A DNA stretch of 64,000 nucleotides from Callorhinchus milii (lineage: Eukaryota): assembly GCF_018977255.1 (NCBI RefSeq), contig NW_024704743.1:372001-436000 (forward strand). The letters are read 5' to 3'. The notes below the pieces were generated by a model that did not search any database, was not told where the DNA came from, and worked only from the letters and a program-made list of their open reading frames with translations. The translations under genes and the position numbers were made by a program. Shown here piece by piece: positions 1-27,400 of the stretch; within the stretch, counting starts at the first letter, position 1, and each line of letters begins with the position of its first letter.

Positions 1-148
1 AGCGCTTAACAGTGGTGAATCTTAACGCTGAGCCGAGGCGACTCAATCCACGACTGGTCGTGGGACGCTGCTGTGTGAAATTATCTGCCGCGTTTCGCCC
101 ACAAGATACCCTGGGGAGCGAGGGAGCGTCGGAGCTGACGGGCGTTAC

Positions 149-473
149 CAATATCCGGGCTGACGTCCTCCAGAATGTCCTCCCGCTGGATTCTCTTGAG
201 CAGCTGCAGCAGGAGACCCACAGAGGAGGGCTTCTTCACCTCCCAGTCCTGGAGCAGTTTTCCGGTGGGATTTTCCTGGCTTTCGTAGCTCCTGATCTCC
301 AGGTACTCGAAGCCCATCTCCTCGGCCAGGCCTGTCCAGTCGGTGGCCACCACGCTCCTGGGGTTCAGGTACAAGGCCAGCCTCCTCCTGACGTGGAAGT
401 TCAGGGCCACCATGGGGACGCTGAAGTAATCAACGTCCTCCTTCGCCTCGTCCACCTTGGTGCAAGCGGACAT
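149..473 (-). CDS. MYD88: MyD88 first coding exon (death domain); gene continues beyond the left edge
   Basis: Translation MSACTK...VPMVALNFHVRRRLALYLNPRSVVATDWTGLAEEMGFEYLEIRSYESQENPTGKLLQDW...REDILEDVSPDI matches the MyD88 death domain (human ALNMRVRRRLSLFLN..AADWTALAEEMDFEYLEIR). Phase-1 GT donor at 148-147; AG acceptor at 480-479 just upstream of the ATG. Confidence 0.95.
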
Positions 474-659
474 CCTGTCTGCGACGAGAACTAACAGGGC
501 GAAACGACGGGCAAGGTTCCTTACTCCACACGCCTCGGTTTAGCTGGCGGTAAGTGGAAACCCGCCTTGTTAGTCGATCGTCCGATCGCTTTAATGACCC
601 CCTTAAAAAATATATAATAATAATAATCGGGTCACTCAATCCACGACTGTTTGTGGGTC

Positions 660-1250
660 ACTGCTGAACCCTCGACTCCCTTGCTCCCCCTGAAATCCAG
701 GGCTGTCTCCAAAATCCCTCCCCTGGTCTATCACCTCCTCCGCCCACGCCCCAAACTGCCTCCGTCCTCCTCCCCTCAAAAGGCCGAGTGGGAAAGAGGG
801 TCTTTTGGTGACCTCTTTGTGTCGGAGATCGAAACGTTCCCGCTTCGGCTGCAATCCTCCTCCCCCACGTCCCCTTCCGCGCCCTCCAGACCGTCCACGC
901 CACCTTCCCCTTGCGCCAAGGCACCTGCCACTCCCTCCCTCCCCCTCAACCGCCATCTCCCAGCTGGTGATCTCCCTTCCTCTCCCCGCTGCTGGCCGAC
1001 AAGTCACTCTCTCTCCTCAGGTTCTAATCCTCTTCCCCTTAAAACCGGTGTCGTCACTCCCCCCACCCCCACCCTCAACACACCCTCCCACTCCCTCAAA
1101 AAAAGACTCACCCTTGAACCCCTGGGACCTCACAAATTACTGAGCCCTTCCTGGCCAAAGCTCTGGAACCAACTCTGCTCTCACACACCGACCGCGCTTG
1201 TCAAGGTCTCCAACCACATCCTCTCTCTCACATCTCCTTGTCCTCTCTTT
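660..1250 (+). mobile_element. Degenerate, internally deleted L2-type LINE ORF2 fragments
   Basis: Pieces such as PLPLKTGVVTP..LKK and TALVKVSNHIL resemble [15 protein letters not shown] and [11 protein letters not shown] of the intact LINE at 39.7-41.9 kb. Confidence 0.6.
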
Positions 1251-1835
1251 CTTCCCCTTCTCTCACTCTCCCCTCCCCTCCCACCCCCCCCAACCCCCCT
1301 CTCACTCTCTCATTCTCTTCTCCCACTCTCTCCCATCCCATCTCTCTCTACCATCCCATCCTTTCTCTCTCCCCCATCCCATCCTTTCTCTCACTCCCAT
1401 CCCATCCTTTCACTCCCATCCCATCTTTTCTCTCTCTCATCCCATCCCATCCTTTCTCGCTCTCCCATCCCATCCTTTCTCTCTCTCATCCCATCCAATC
1501 CTTTCTCTCTCCCATCCCATCCTTTCTCTCTCCCTTCTCCTCTCTCTCTCATCCCATCCCTTCTCTCTCTCCCTTCTCCTCTCTCTCATCCCATCTCTCT
1601 CTCCCTTCTCCTCTCTCTCATCCCATCCCTTCTCTCTCTCCCTTCTCCTCTCTCTTTCTCCCACCCCCCCTCCCGTTCTTCCCCCCTTCTCACTCTCTAC
1701 CCCCCTGCATTTCTTTCTCCCCCATCTTTCCCCCCCTCTCTCTCTCCCACCCCCCATCCTCTCCAGTTCTCTCTCCATCCCTTTCCCCATCTCTCTCTCC
1801 CCCCCCCCCCCCCATCCCTGCTCCCCTCACCTCCC
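1250..1835. repeat. CT-rich low-complexity tract (CCCATCCCATCCTTTCTCTCT-like units)
   Basis: Directly visible. Confidence 0.85.
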
Positions 1836-1845
1836 CAATCCTTAC

Positions 1846-1980
1846 CTGCAGCTGATGACCATTAAACACACATTTTCTTCTTATTTGGCAGAAAAATGAC
1901 ACCAAGAAAAAGTTTATGTTCCTTAAAAGTTTGAAAGGACCTTAAACCTGACCAGTCTGTGATGACTGTGTGTCTCTGAC
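1846..1980 (-). other. Candidate 5' untranslated exon of MyD88 (3' boundary only)
   Basis: Consensus donor CAG|GTAAGG on the minus strand at 1846/1845 within an island of unique sequence. The coding exon has an acceptor 5 nt before its ATG, so an upstream exon is expected. The 5' limit is uncertain. Confidence 0.45.
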
Positions 1981-2159
1981 TTTACTCTGATCTCTGTCTG
2001 TCTCTGTGTCTCTGTCTGTACTCTGTGGCTCTCTGCGACTTGTCTTTGATTTCTCTCTCTCTCTCTCTCTCTCTCGTTCTGTCTTCACTCCGATATTTGT
2101 GTGTGTGTCTCAAACGTTACTCTGCTGCTGTCACTCTCTCTCTCAGAGTCTCTCCTCCT

Positions 2160-2393
2160 CTGCGTCTCTCTCAGTGGCTTTACTCTGTGTGTCTGTTTCT
2201 CTGTGAATTTACTCTGTGTGTCTGTCTGTCACTGTGGCTTTACTCTGTGTGTGTGTGTCTCTCTCTCTCTCAATGGCTTTACTCTCTGTGTGTGTGTGTC
2301 TCTCTCTCAGTGGCTTTACTCTGTGTGTGTGTGTGTCTCTCAATGGCTTTACTCTCTGTGTGTGTGTCTCTCTCTCTCAGTGGCTTTACTCTG

Positions 2394-2424
<31 letters not shown>

Positions 2425-2900
2425 GTGGCTTTACTCTGTGTGTGTGTGTGTCTCTCTCTCTCTCTCACTCAGTGGCTTTACTCTGTGTGTGTGTGTGTCT
2501 CTCTCTCAGTGGCTTTACTCTCTGTGTGTGTGTCTCTCAGTGGCTTTACTCTGTGTATGTGTGTGTGTGTCTCGCTCTCAGTGGCTTTACTCTCTCTGTG
2601 TGTCTCTCTCTCTCAGTGGCTTTACTCTCTGTGTGTGTGTCTCTCTCTCAGTGGCTTTACTCTGTCTCTCACTCTCAGTGGCTTTACTTTGTGTCTCTCT
2701 CTCTCAGTGGCTTTACTCTCTGTCTGTGTGTGTCTCTCTCTCTCTCTCTCAGTGACTTTACTCTGTGTCTCTCTCAGTGACTTTACTCTGTGTCTCTCAG
2801 TGACTTTACTCTGTGTCTCTCTCAGTGACTTTACTCTGTGTCTCTCTCAGTGACTTTACTCTGTGTCTCTCAGTGACTTTACTCTGTGTCTCTCTCTCTC
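2160..2900. repeat. Minisatellite: CTCAGTGGCTTTACTCT core with variable (GT)n(CT)n spacers
   Basis: The core recurs many times in tandem and changes to CTCAGTGACTTTACTCT near the right end. Confidence 0.9.
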
Positions 2901-2910
2901 TGTGTTAATC

Positions 2911-2990
2911 AGGTTCCAGTTTCCCTTTTCTCTGAACAAACTCTGGTTTCCTGATTCTCACTCTGACTCGTTTCGTGGAAGTGACGTTCT
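2911..2990 (-). promoter_or_regulatory. Candidate MyD88 promoter: ISRE-like, two GAS and ETS-CRE motifs
   Basis: AGTTTCCCTTTTC (2918-2930), TTCTCTGAA (2928-2936), TTCGTGGAA (2972-2980) and GGAAGTGACGT (2977-2987) lie within about 70 bp of unique sequence upstream of MyD88. Confidence 0.5.
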
Positions 2991-3714
2991 TCACTGATTC
3001 ACCCCTCAATCTCCACTCTCTGTTTGCACAGAGTGACAGAGTGAGGGGGAGAGAGAGAGAGAGAGAGAGATACAGGAAAAGAGAGAGACTAAGAGATACA
3101 GGAGAGAGAGAGAGAGAGAGATGGAGTTACAAGAGAGAGAAACACAAGAGAGAGAGAGATACAGGAGAGAGAGAGAGAGAGAGAGATGGAGTTACAAGAG
3201 AGAGAAACACAAGAGAGAGTGAGAAAGAGACAGAAGAGAGTTAAAGTACAGACAGAATATAAGAGAGATATAGATCGAGGGAATGAAAATTAGGACAGAG
3301 AGAGAGAGACACGATACAGAGCCACAAACCACACAGAGAGAGACAGAGACAGGAAACAGTAAATGAGAGCGAGAGAGAGACAAGAGGGAGAGAGAGAGAG
3401 ATAGAGGGAGTGAGAGAGCTACAGGACAGAGAGAGTTACACATATAATAATAATAGTAAATAATCCCCGCGTTTGATAAGGCGCCTTATCGCGTCTTCGA
3501 GACGTCTCAAAGCTCCCGACGGGAAACATCGTGAGGTGAACCGACTGCGTGTTCTGTGGGGACGGCAAACGGCCACAAATAGAATCGGTCACTCCCCACG
3601 CGGCGGCTCGCGGGACGAAGGGCTGCGCGCAAACCGGGCTGCGGCCCCGAACCGAGGGGACGAGGGGCAAGTGGGAGGCCAGATCCAGCTCCTCGGGGTG
3701 GGGGTGAAGGAGAG

Positions 3715-3960
3715 GGGAGGAGGTGACCGTAAGCACGGTCGAAGAGCAAGGTCCTCAATCGCGATCTAAAAGAGGGGAAGGGGAGGGTGGGGGGGGGTCC
3801 CCCGAGGCGGAGGGATCGAGGGAGAGAGTTGCGGGGGGGATAGAAGCTGAAGGCACGACCGCCGATGGTGGAGAGGAGGAGGGGAACGAGGGAGCCAGTC
3901 GGGCGGAGGCGGGAGAGGAGGTCAGGGAGAGGTAGGGAGGTGTCAGGGCGTGAAGGGATC
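3715..3960 (-). mobile_element. L2-type LINE 3' ORF2 fragment
   Basis: Minus translation [37 protein letters not shown] matches the LINE C-terminus [29 protein letters not shown]. Confidence 0.8.
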
Positions 3961-4024
3961 TTCAAATTCTTGATTCATCATCAGAATCACAAAGGGAGAG
4001 GATTAGGGTGGAGTTATTTTGCAT

Positions 4025-4405
4025 GGGGGGGGTGAGGGGGTGGGCAGGCGGGGGGGTGAGGGGGTGGGCAGGCGGGGGGGGGTGAGGGGGCGGGCAGGCG
4101 GCGGGGGGGGTGAGGGGGCGGGCAGGCGGGCAGGCGGGGGGGGTGAGGGGGCGAGCAGGCGGGGGGGGGTGAGGGGGCGGGCAGGCGGGGGGGTGAGGGG
4201 GCGAGCAGGCGGGGGGGTGAGGGGGTGGGCAGGCGGTGGGGGTGAGGGGGTGGGCAGGCGGGGGGGGTGAGGGGGTGGGCAGGCGGGGGGGGGTGAGGGG
4301 GCGGGCAGGCGGGGGGGTGAGGGGGTGGGCAGGCGGTGGGGGTGAGGGGGTGGGCAGGCGGGGGGGGGGTGAGGGGGCGGGCAGGCGGGCGGGTGGGGTG
4401 GGGGA
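4025..4405. repeat. G-rich tandem repeat GGTGAGGGGG(C/T)GGGCAGGCGGGGGG
   Basis: Directly visible units of about 23-26 bp. Confidence 0.9.
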
Positions 4406-4579
4406 GGCTTTTAGAACTCAACCAGCAACCAGCAGAGCTTTGGGATCTTTGCAGAGAGGATTAGGGAAATAATTGCCAAGGAAAAATATGCGGTGCATCC
4501 GGGAAAGTAGGGCAGTGGGAATGAACAGGGAGATCCTTCCGAGGGCTGAAGGGCCAAATGGTCGGACGCATCCTGTTTA

Positions 4580-4840
4580 CCTAATTCCGGAGAGTATTAG
4601 GCGCAGGTCGGCGCGAGCCAAGGCTTGTGGGGGGGGCGGGGGTGGGGGTGGAGCCCAGAGTGTGCGTTGGGGTAACTGCTGGAGTCTAACCATCTAAACC
4701 CACACACACAGCTCGGCCATCGAGAGCGCTGTCCGGCCAAGCTTCCCCAATGCTTGTCCGGCCGAGGACCAGCCTCCCCGCTAGTGAGTGAGTGTGTGAG
4801 TTAGTTAGTGAGTGAGTGAGTGAGTGAGTGAGTGAGTAGT
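4580..4840 (+). mobile_element. Unclassified short interspersed element ending in (GTGA)n
   Basis: The core CCCAGAGTGTGCGTTGGGGTAACTGCTGGAGTCTAACC recurs at about 14560-14870 (-), 19975-20060 (-) and 59195-59300 (+). Confidence 0.6.
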
Positions 4841-5194
4841 TAGATGGATAGTTAGGGCTAACATAACATAACATAACACAACATAACATAACAACAATCG
4901 TAATAATCCGACTCAGCGCCTTATCACACGGTCGAGACGTCTCAAAAGCAGACGGTCAAGCGGACTGACCGCGAGGGCGAAACCCGGGAGCCAACGAATC
5001 GCGGGCAGAGAGCGTCCCGCAAACGGCGGCGGACTGAAGCGACCGCGCCCCCACCCCCCCCCACCCCCCCCCCCCCCGCCCAATGAATCAATAACATTAA
5101 TCATTCATATCAATTAAGAAACCAACGAACATTAATGACCAATTGATCACAGTTCAGATTTTTTTTTCGCCCAAAGCTCTGGAGCGCAGTAACA

Positions 5195-5345
5195 CAGTGA
5201 GTGAGCGGTTTCCACTCACAATGTCTTGCGTTTACGCAGTACGGAAGTGTGTTGCGTGTGTGTGTGGGTGTGTGTGTGTGTGTGGTGTGTATTTGCCTGT
5301 GTTTGAGTTGAGCCAATGTGCATCACGTCACAGTTTCCTGGTACT
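5195..5345 (+). promoter_or_regulatory. Candidate MAP3K promoter (ETS CGGAAGTG, CCAAT, CACGTCA)
   Basis: Motifs lie in unique sequence upstream of a plus-strand donor CAG|GTAAAT at 5966/5967 that could end a non-coding first exon. Confidence 0.3.
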
Positions 5346-5471
5346 CAGGATTTACTGACGCCTGAGTTTTAGTAGAAAAAAAAGAGAGAGAGAAAGAGAG
5401 AGAGAGAAAGAGTGGGGGAAAAAGTGATCAAAGTTTACAGAGAGAGAGAGAGAAGAGAAGAAGAGAGAGAG

Positions 5472-5506
<35 letters not shown>

Positions 5507-5699
5507 GAGGATTGGAAAGCAGAAGAATGATGGTCAGAGGGAAAGGTTTTGCATTCAGGTCGTCTTCAACCAAAGGAGTTGCAAACTCTCTCTAAAGTTT
5601 GGTGTGTGGTTTAAAACTTTTTTTTGTGTGTGTGTGTGTGTGTGTGTGGTGTTGGTGGTGGAGAGAGAAAAGTTTTTCAACTGCAAATCAGCTGAGCTG

Positions 5700-5733
<34 letters not shown>

Positions 5734-5887
5734 AAGAGAGAGAGAAAAGACTTTTTTTTGCAGATCATAACACTCCCCAACTTTTTTTTATTCCCCTTTT
5801 ATTAAGAAAAAAAGTCAGACTAGAATGTCCACCAGAAAATCATCTGAACTGCACTGACACCAAAACTGCAGAGAGAAAAAGAGAGAC

Positions 5888-5947
<60 letters not shown>

Positions 5948-6259
5948 GAAACAACTTTAACGACAGGTAAATTTCTAATTTACTGACTTTATTTGTGTTT
6001 GGAGGGGAGGGGGGAAACTTTTTAAGGCTCAATGCAAAGTTTTTTTCACCCCCTCTCTTGTCCTCCCCCCCCCTCACCCCCATCTTGGGAATTGTCTGCA
6101 AATTGTCTCTTTCTCCCCCCAACCCTCCCTCCTGTCATCTCAAAACTCTCTCTCTCTCTCACTCTATCTCTCTCTCACTCTATCTCTCTCTCTCTCTCTC
6201 TCTTGCAGAGTTGATCACTGCTGTTTACCTGAGGTTGAGGTGTAATGGACTTTGATGAG

Positions 6260-6835
6260 GGAGAGGGAAAGGAAGGGAGAGAGAGAGAGAGAGAGAGAGA
6301 CAGGGGGCAAGAGTGTGTGAGTCAGAGTGAGGGGGAGAGTGAGAGTGGGAGGGAGAGTGTCTGAGAGTGGGAGGGAGAGTGTGTGAGAGTGGGAGAGAGA
6401 GTGTCTGAGAGTGCAGAGAGAGAGGGAGGTGTCTGGAGTGGAGAGTGTGTGAGAGTGGAGAGAGAGGGAGAGTATGTGAGAGAGGGAGAGTGAGAGAGAG
6501 GGAGAGTGCGTGAGAGAGGGAGGGAGAGAGAGGGAGAGTGTCTGAGAGTGGGAGGGAGAGTGTCTGAGAGTGAGAGAGAGAGGGAGAGTGTGTGAGAGAG
6601 AGAGGGAGAGTGTCTGAGAGTGGGAGGGAGAGTGTCTGAGAGTGAGAGAGAGAGGGAGAGTGTGTGAGAGAGGGAGGGAGAGTGTCTGAGAGTGAGAGAG
6701 AGAGGGAGAGTGTGTGAGAGAGGGAGGGAGAGAGGGAGAGTGTCTGAGAGTGAGAGAGAGAGGGAGTGTGTGAGAGAGGGAGGGAGAGTGAGAGAAAGGG
6801 AGAGTGTCTGAGAGTGAGAGAGAGGGAGGGAGAGT
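6260..6835. repeat. GA-rich compound tandem repeat (GGGAGAGTGTCTGAGAGTGAGAGAGA units)
   Basis: Directly visible; a similar array lies at 8868-9230. Confidence 0.85.
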
Positions 6836-7225
6836 GACCCCAAGACTTGGCTCCCACTTGGGTTTGGCTGCTGTCGAGCACGGTGATGGGTTTCCGCATG
6901 GGTCAGACACCAGTTAACTGAAAAAACAAGACACGTACACACACACACACACGCACAGCCACAAAGTGAATGACTAATGTTATCTGGCTGGGATTGTCAG
7001 CCAGGACACCGGGAGGAGAGAGAGAGAGAGCGAGGAAAAACGAACGGGAGAGCGAGAGAGAGAGAGAGAAACTCCCTTCGCTTTTCTGTCACAGTCCTAA
7101 ACCAAGACGGGATCTTGGATTGTGAGTAAGTCTCGTCTGAGTCAGCGGTTGCGCGCGTGTGTGTGTGTGTGTGCGTGTGCGTGTGTGTGAGACAGCAAAC
7201 TTGGGTCTTTGCTGGGGTTTAAAGT

Positions 7226-7581
7226 GGAGTCCCGTGGCTCAGTGGTTAGAGGGCTCTCGCCTCGCAAGCGAGAGGACCCCGGGTTCGATTCCCGGGCAGG
7301 GGGATACCTTGGGCAAATTTCCTTATTCCACACACGCACACGCACACACACGCACACACACGCACGCACGCACGCGCTTTGATAATAATCCCTCAAGAAA
7401 AGAAAAGAATATTAAATCGATCACTCAACCCACGGCTGTTTGTGGGGACGCTGCTGTGCGCAATTGGCCCCCAAGATACACGGCCGATTCGCTTTACAGT
7501 GTCTCCCGTGAAGCGCTTTGAGACTTCTCGACGACGCGATGAGGCGCTGTGTCAAATGCCCGGATTATTATTATTATATTA
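7226..7581 (+). mobile_element. tRNA-Ala-derived SINE of the dominant family (representative; dozens of copies or fragments in the window)
   Basis: A-box TGGCTCAGTGG, anticodon arm CTCGC-CTCGCAA-GCGAG, B-box GGTTCGATTCCC, internal (CA)n, 3' tail GAAGCGCTTTGAGAC..GGCGCTGTGTCAAATG and (ATT)n. Confidence 0.9.
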
Positions 7582-7699
7582 TAAAGATGTGACTCTCTCT
7601 CTCTCTCTCTCTCTCGCTTGTCTCGTTTTGAACAGGTCGGACCTGAAGACGAGAGGGTAGTCCACTGCAAGACACACAGCCCCAATGTTGACAGTCACC

Positions 7700-23630
<15,931 letters not shown>

Positions 23631-24734
23631 CCTCCCACCACCCCACCCCACCCCACCCACCCACCCACCCGCACCACCCCCATCACCCAGGCAATGCAAG
23701 GGAGAGGGAGGGGGAGCGGGTTTGGTGGGTCACCCATGTCTGTCACTTACAAACCCCCCCCCCCCCACCACCACCCCCACACACCGCACACACACACACG
23801 CACACGCGAACACCGGCAAAAAAAAAAAACGAGCCTTAAATTATTTTTTTGTTTCAGAAACAAACACACGCGCACTTACACATACACACGTAGACACACA
23901 CATGCATATATACATGGACACACACGCGCACACATAGGCACACGCACACACACATATGGACACACACGCACGCAAACGCACATGCACGCAAATCCAGACA
24001 CGCACACACTCACAGGCAACACATAAATACATGCGTACACACACTACACATACACACGTTATACGCGCACACATACATCTCACACACACACACACACATA
24101 CCCCGTGACGTGGGATTGTGAAACGCTTTCAATCTCTCTGGCTAAATTCATGCAGGGTAGCGTACCAGGGCCAAACACTGACAAGTAGCCCCCCCCCCCC
24201 CACACACCCACACACCCACACACACACAAAGGGCTACGCACATCCACACAGACAGACATACACCCAGACACGCACACGCACACACACACAGACACACACT
24301 CATCCCACTCACATTATCCCTCCCCACACAAACACACACACACGTATACACACACACACATCTCACTCACAATTGTCCCCCCCCCTTACACACACACATA
24401 CATACAGACCAACACATTCCACCTCACTCACATTATCCCCCGCGCGACCCCCCACCCCCAACACACACACACACACACACACACGCGCGCGCGCACACGC
24501 ACACGCACACACACACAGGACAGCCCAGCTCAGGACACTGCATTGTGTATTATTTTTATATATATATATAATTATTAATGAAACGAAAAAAGAGATTTTT
24601 TTATGATGATCTATTGGCTTCGGAGATGACGGGCGGACGTTTCTCTGTTGACACCCTGTTGCTCCTGTTTGAGATAGTTTTATAGTTTTCTGCCGTTCCT
24701 CACGTTTATCCTTTCCTCTCGACGTGGCCCAGGA

Positions 24735-24903
<169 letters not shown>

Positions 24904-25342
24904 CCCGTAAATACTGTAAATACTGCTTTATTTTGCTCCAGAGGGAGTGGTGTGTGTAAATGTGTGCGTGTAACTGTGTGTGTGTGCGTGTAACTGTGTG
25001 TGTGTGTGTGTGCGTGTAACTGTGTGTGTGTGTGTGTGTGTAACTGTGTGTGTGTGTGTGTGGGTGTGTGTAACTGTGGGTGGGTGTAAAACTGTGTATG
25101 TATGTAACTGTGTGTGTATATGTGCCTGTGTGTGTGTGTGTGTGTGTCTTTGTGTCTGTGCCTGTGTGTGTGTGTAACTGTGTGTGTGTGTGTGTATGTG
25201 CACCTCTCAGTGTGTGTCTGTCTTTCATGTTATGTCCTTCCGAAGTGAAAGGCGCTGTATAAATCCAATTTGTTGTTGTCGTTGTATGTGTGTGTGTGTG
25301 TGTATGTATGTGTGCATCTATGTGTCGTGTGCGTGTGTGTAT

Positions 25343-26118
25343 TGTCACGGTTTTTGCAACCCTTAGTAAATAATACGTATACATCTGTATAAAGATTATT
25401 TTAAGGCACGGGAGGGGGGAACGGGGGGGAGGACGTTGGGGGTGCGGTCCCTTCAATTAGATCCCGTTTAAGAAACTGCTTGGCCGAAGATTTAGTGGGA
25501 GAAGCTGTTCGCCAGCGAGTCAGCAAACGGCGCGCACCGGGTGCCCGAGGGTGGGGGGGGCGGAAAAAAAGCCTTCGCGCTTGCGAGGTACAGTGGCGGA
25601 GCCTATAAAAATCAGAGCTGGGTTAGCCTCGCGGTGGCGGTCTGATGGTGGCCGGCCAGTACGCACTGACACGTACAGGATTGCTGTACCCCTCGGGAGT
25701 CTTAGCACCGATGCAGCTGCTGCGCTGCTCGTTGTTGTAGTTATATATATATATACGTCGATCCCGTCGTTGCTTATCTTACCTTGTTTTTATTCCCCTT
25801 CGCGAGGCATCCCGGGGGTCACTCGCTCGCAATAAAGAGCTGCTGTTTTTACCGACTGCGTCCTCGAGGCTCCGTAGTATTTCGAAAGAAGAACGGGCGT
25901 TAAGCGCTCCGGGGAATAGCTGTCGACCTCGGGGAGTGCTGCTCGTGCGAAATGCCCGTTGCCCGGGCACTGGGGCGGTCGGGACATACCAGCGACTGGT
26001 TCTGACTCGGTTAAGTTAGCCCTCCTTCGGGCAGGGACTCGCACCGACAGGGTTAGGAAAGCGCACGAGAGCGTTCACTAGCGTTACGCGCGTACAGCGA
26101 GGAGCGAGAGCCGTCGCA
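25343..26118 (+). mobile_element. Probable solo LTR (about 776 bp)
   Basis: TG...CA ends with an imperfect inverted repeat (TGTCACGG / CCGTCGCA); TATAAAA at 25604; AATAAA at 25831; flanks GTAT/GTGT; CpG-rich block interrupting a (GT)n tract. Confidence 0.6.
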
Positions 26119-26589
26119 GTGTGTACGCGCCCGTGTGTACGCGTGCGCGTGTATTTATGCGTGCGCGCATGCACATGACGAGGTGTGTATGGATACGTGT
26201 GTGTATCTGTGGGTACGTGTGTGGATCTGCGTACATGTGCGTGCGTATCTGTGTGCGTGTGTATGTGTGTGTGTGTGCGTGTATGTGTGTGTGTGTGTTT
26301 GTCTGTGTGTGTGTGTGTGGCTCAGGCCTGGTTTGGACTGAGGTCTGACCCCGAGGAGGACGTTGTATGATGAACCGAGTTGCCTGCAAAACATGCACCG
26401 TTCCCATCGCTTTGTAAGAAATGTTTATCGTTTGCATTCCTTTATTAAAAAAAACACACCGAGAGTTTCTTTCTTTCTTTCTTTTATACAGTCCCCCCCC
26501 CCACACTTTTTGTGGTTTTTGTGAGGGACCTTGTGGCGGACAAAATGGCCACTCTGCCTTCCCGCATCGCACCCACGGCAGGAAATCTC

Positions 26590-27400
26590 CCCGTCTCGCT
26601 CAGTCTCTCAGTCTCCGTCTATCTCTCAGTCGCTTATCTATCAGTCTCACTCTCCATCTCTCAGTCTTTCTCTCTTAGTCTCAAATCTCTCTCTCAGTCT
26701 CTCTCTCGCAGTCTCTCTCTCAGTCTCTCAGTCTCAGTCTCGCTCTCAGTCTCTCTCTCTCAGTCTCTCTCTTAGTCTCGCTCTCTCTCAGTCTCGCTCT
26801 CTCGCAGTCTCTCTCAGTCTCTCTCTCTCTCAGTCTCAGTCTCACTCTCTCGCAGTCTCTCTCTCAGTCTCTCTCTCTCAGTCTCTCAGTCTCAGTCTCG
26901 CTCTCTCGCAGTCTCTCTCTGTCTCTCTCTCAGTCTCTCAGTCTCAGTCTCGCTCTCTCGCAGTCTCTCTCTGTCTCTCTCTCAGTCTCTCAGTCTCAGT
27001 CTCGCTCTCTCGCAGTCTCCCTCTCAGTCTCTCAGTCTCTCTCTCTCAGTCTCTCTCTCTCAGTCTCTCAGTCTCAGTCTCGCTCTCTCGCAGTCTCTCT
27101 CTGTCTCTCTCTCAGTCTCTCAGTCTGTCTCGCTCTCTCGCAGTCTCCCTCTCAGTCTCTCAGTCTCTCTCTCTCAGTCTCTCTCTCTCAGTCTCTCAGT
27201 CTCAGTCTCGCTCTCTCGCAGTCTCCCTCTCAGTCTCTCAGTCTCTCTCTCTCAGTCTCTCTCTCTCAGTCTCTCAGTCTGTCTCGCTCTCTCGCAGTCT
27301 CCCTCTCAGTCTCAGTCTCTCTCTCTCAGTCTCTCTCGCAGTCTCTCAGTTTCTCAGTCTCGCTCTCAGTCTCTCTTTCTCGCTCTCAGTCTCTCTCCCA
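26590..27400. repeat. CT-rich compound repeat (CAGTCT/CTCGCT units)
   Basis: Directly visible. Confidence 0.9.

Noticed and set aside
651..1865. 404-aa Pro/Ser/Leu ORF
   Set aside because: Decayed L2 pieces plus CT-rich low complexity.
7226..7300. tRNA-Ala(CGC) genes at SINE heads
   Set aside because: No complementary acceptor stem, and each continues directly into a SINE body.
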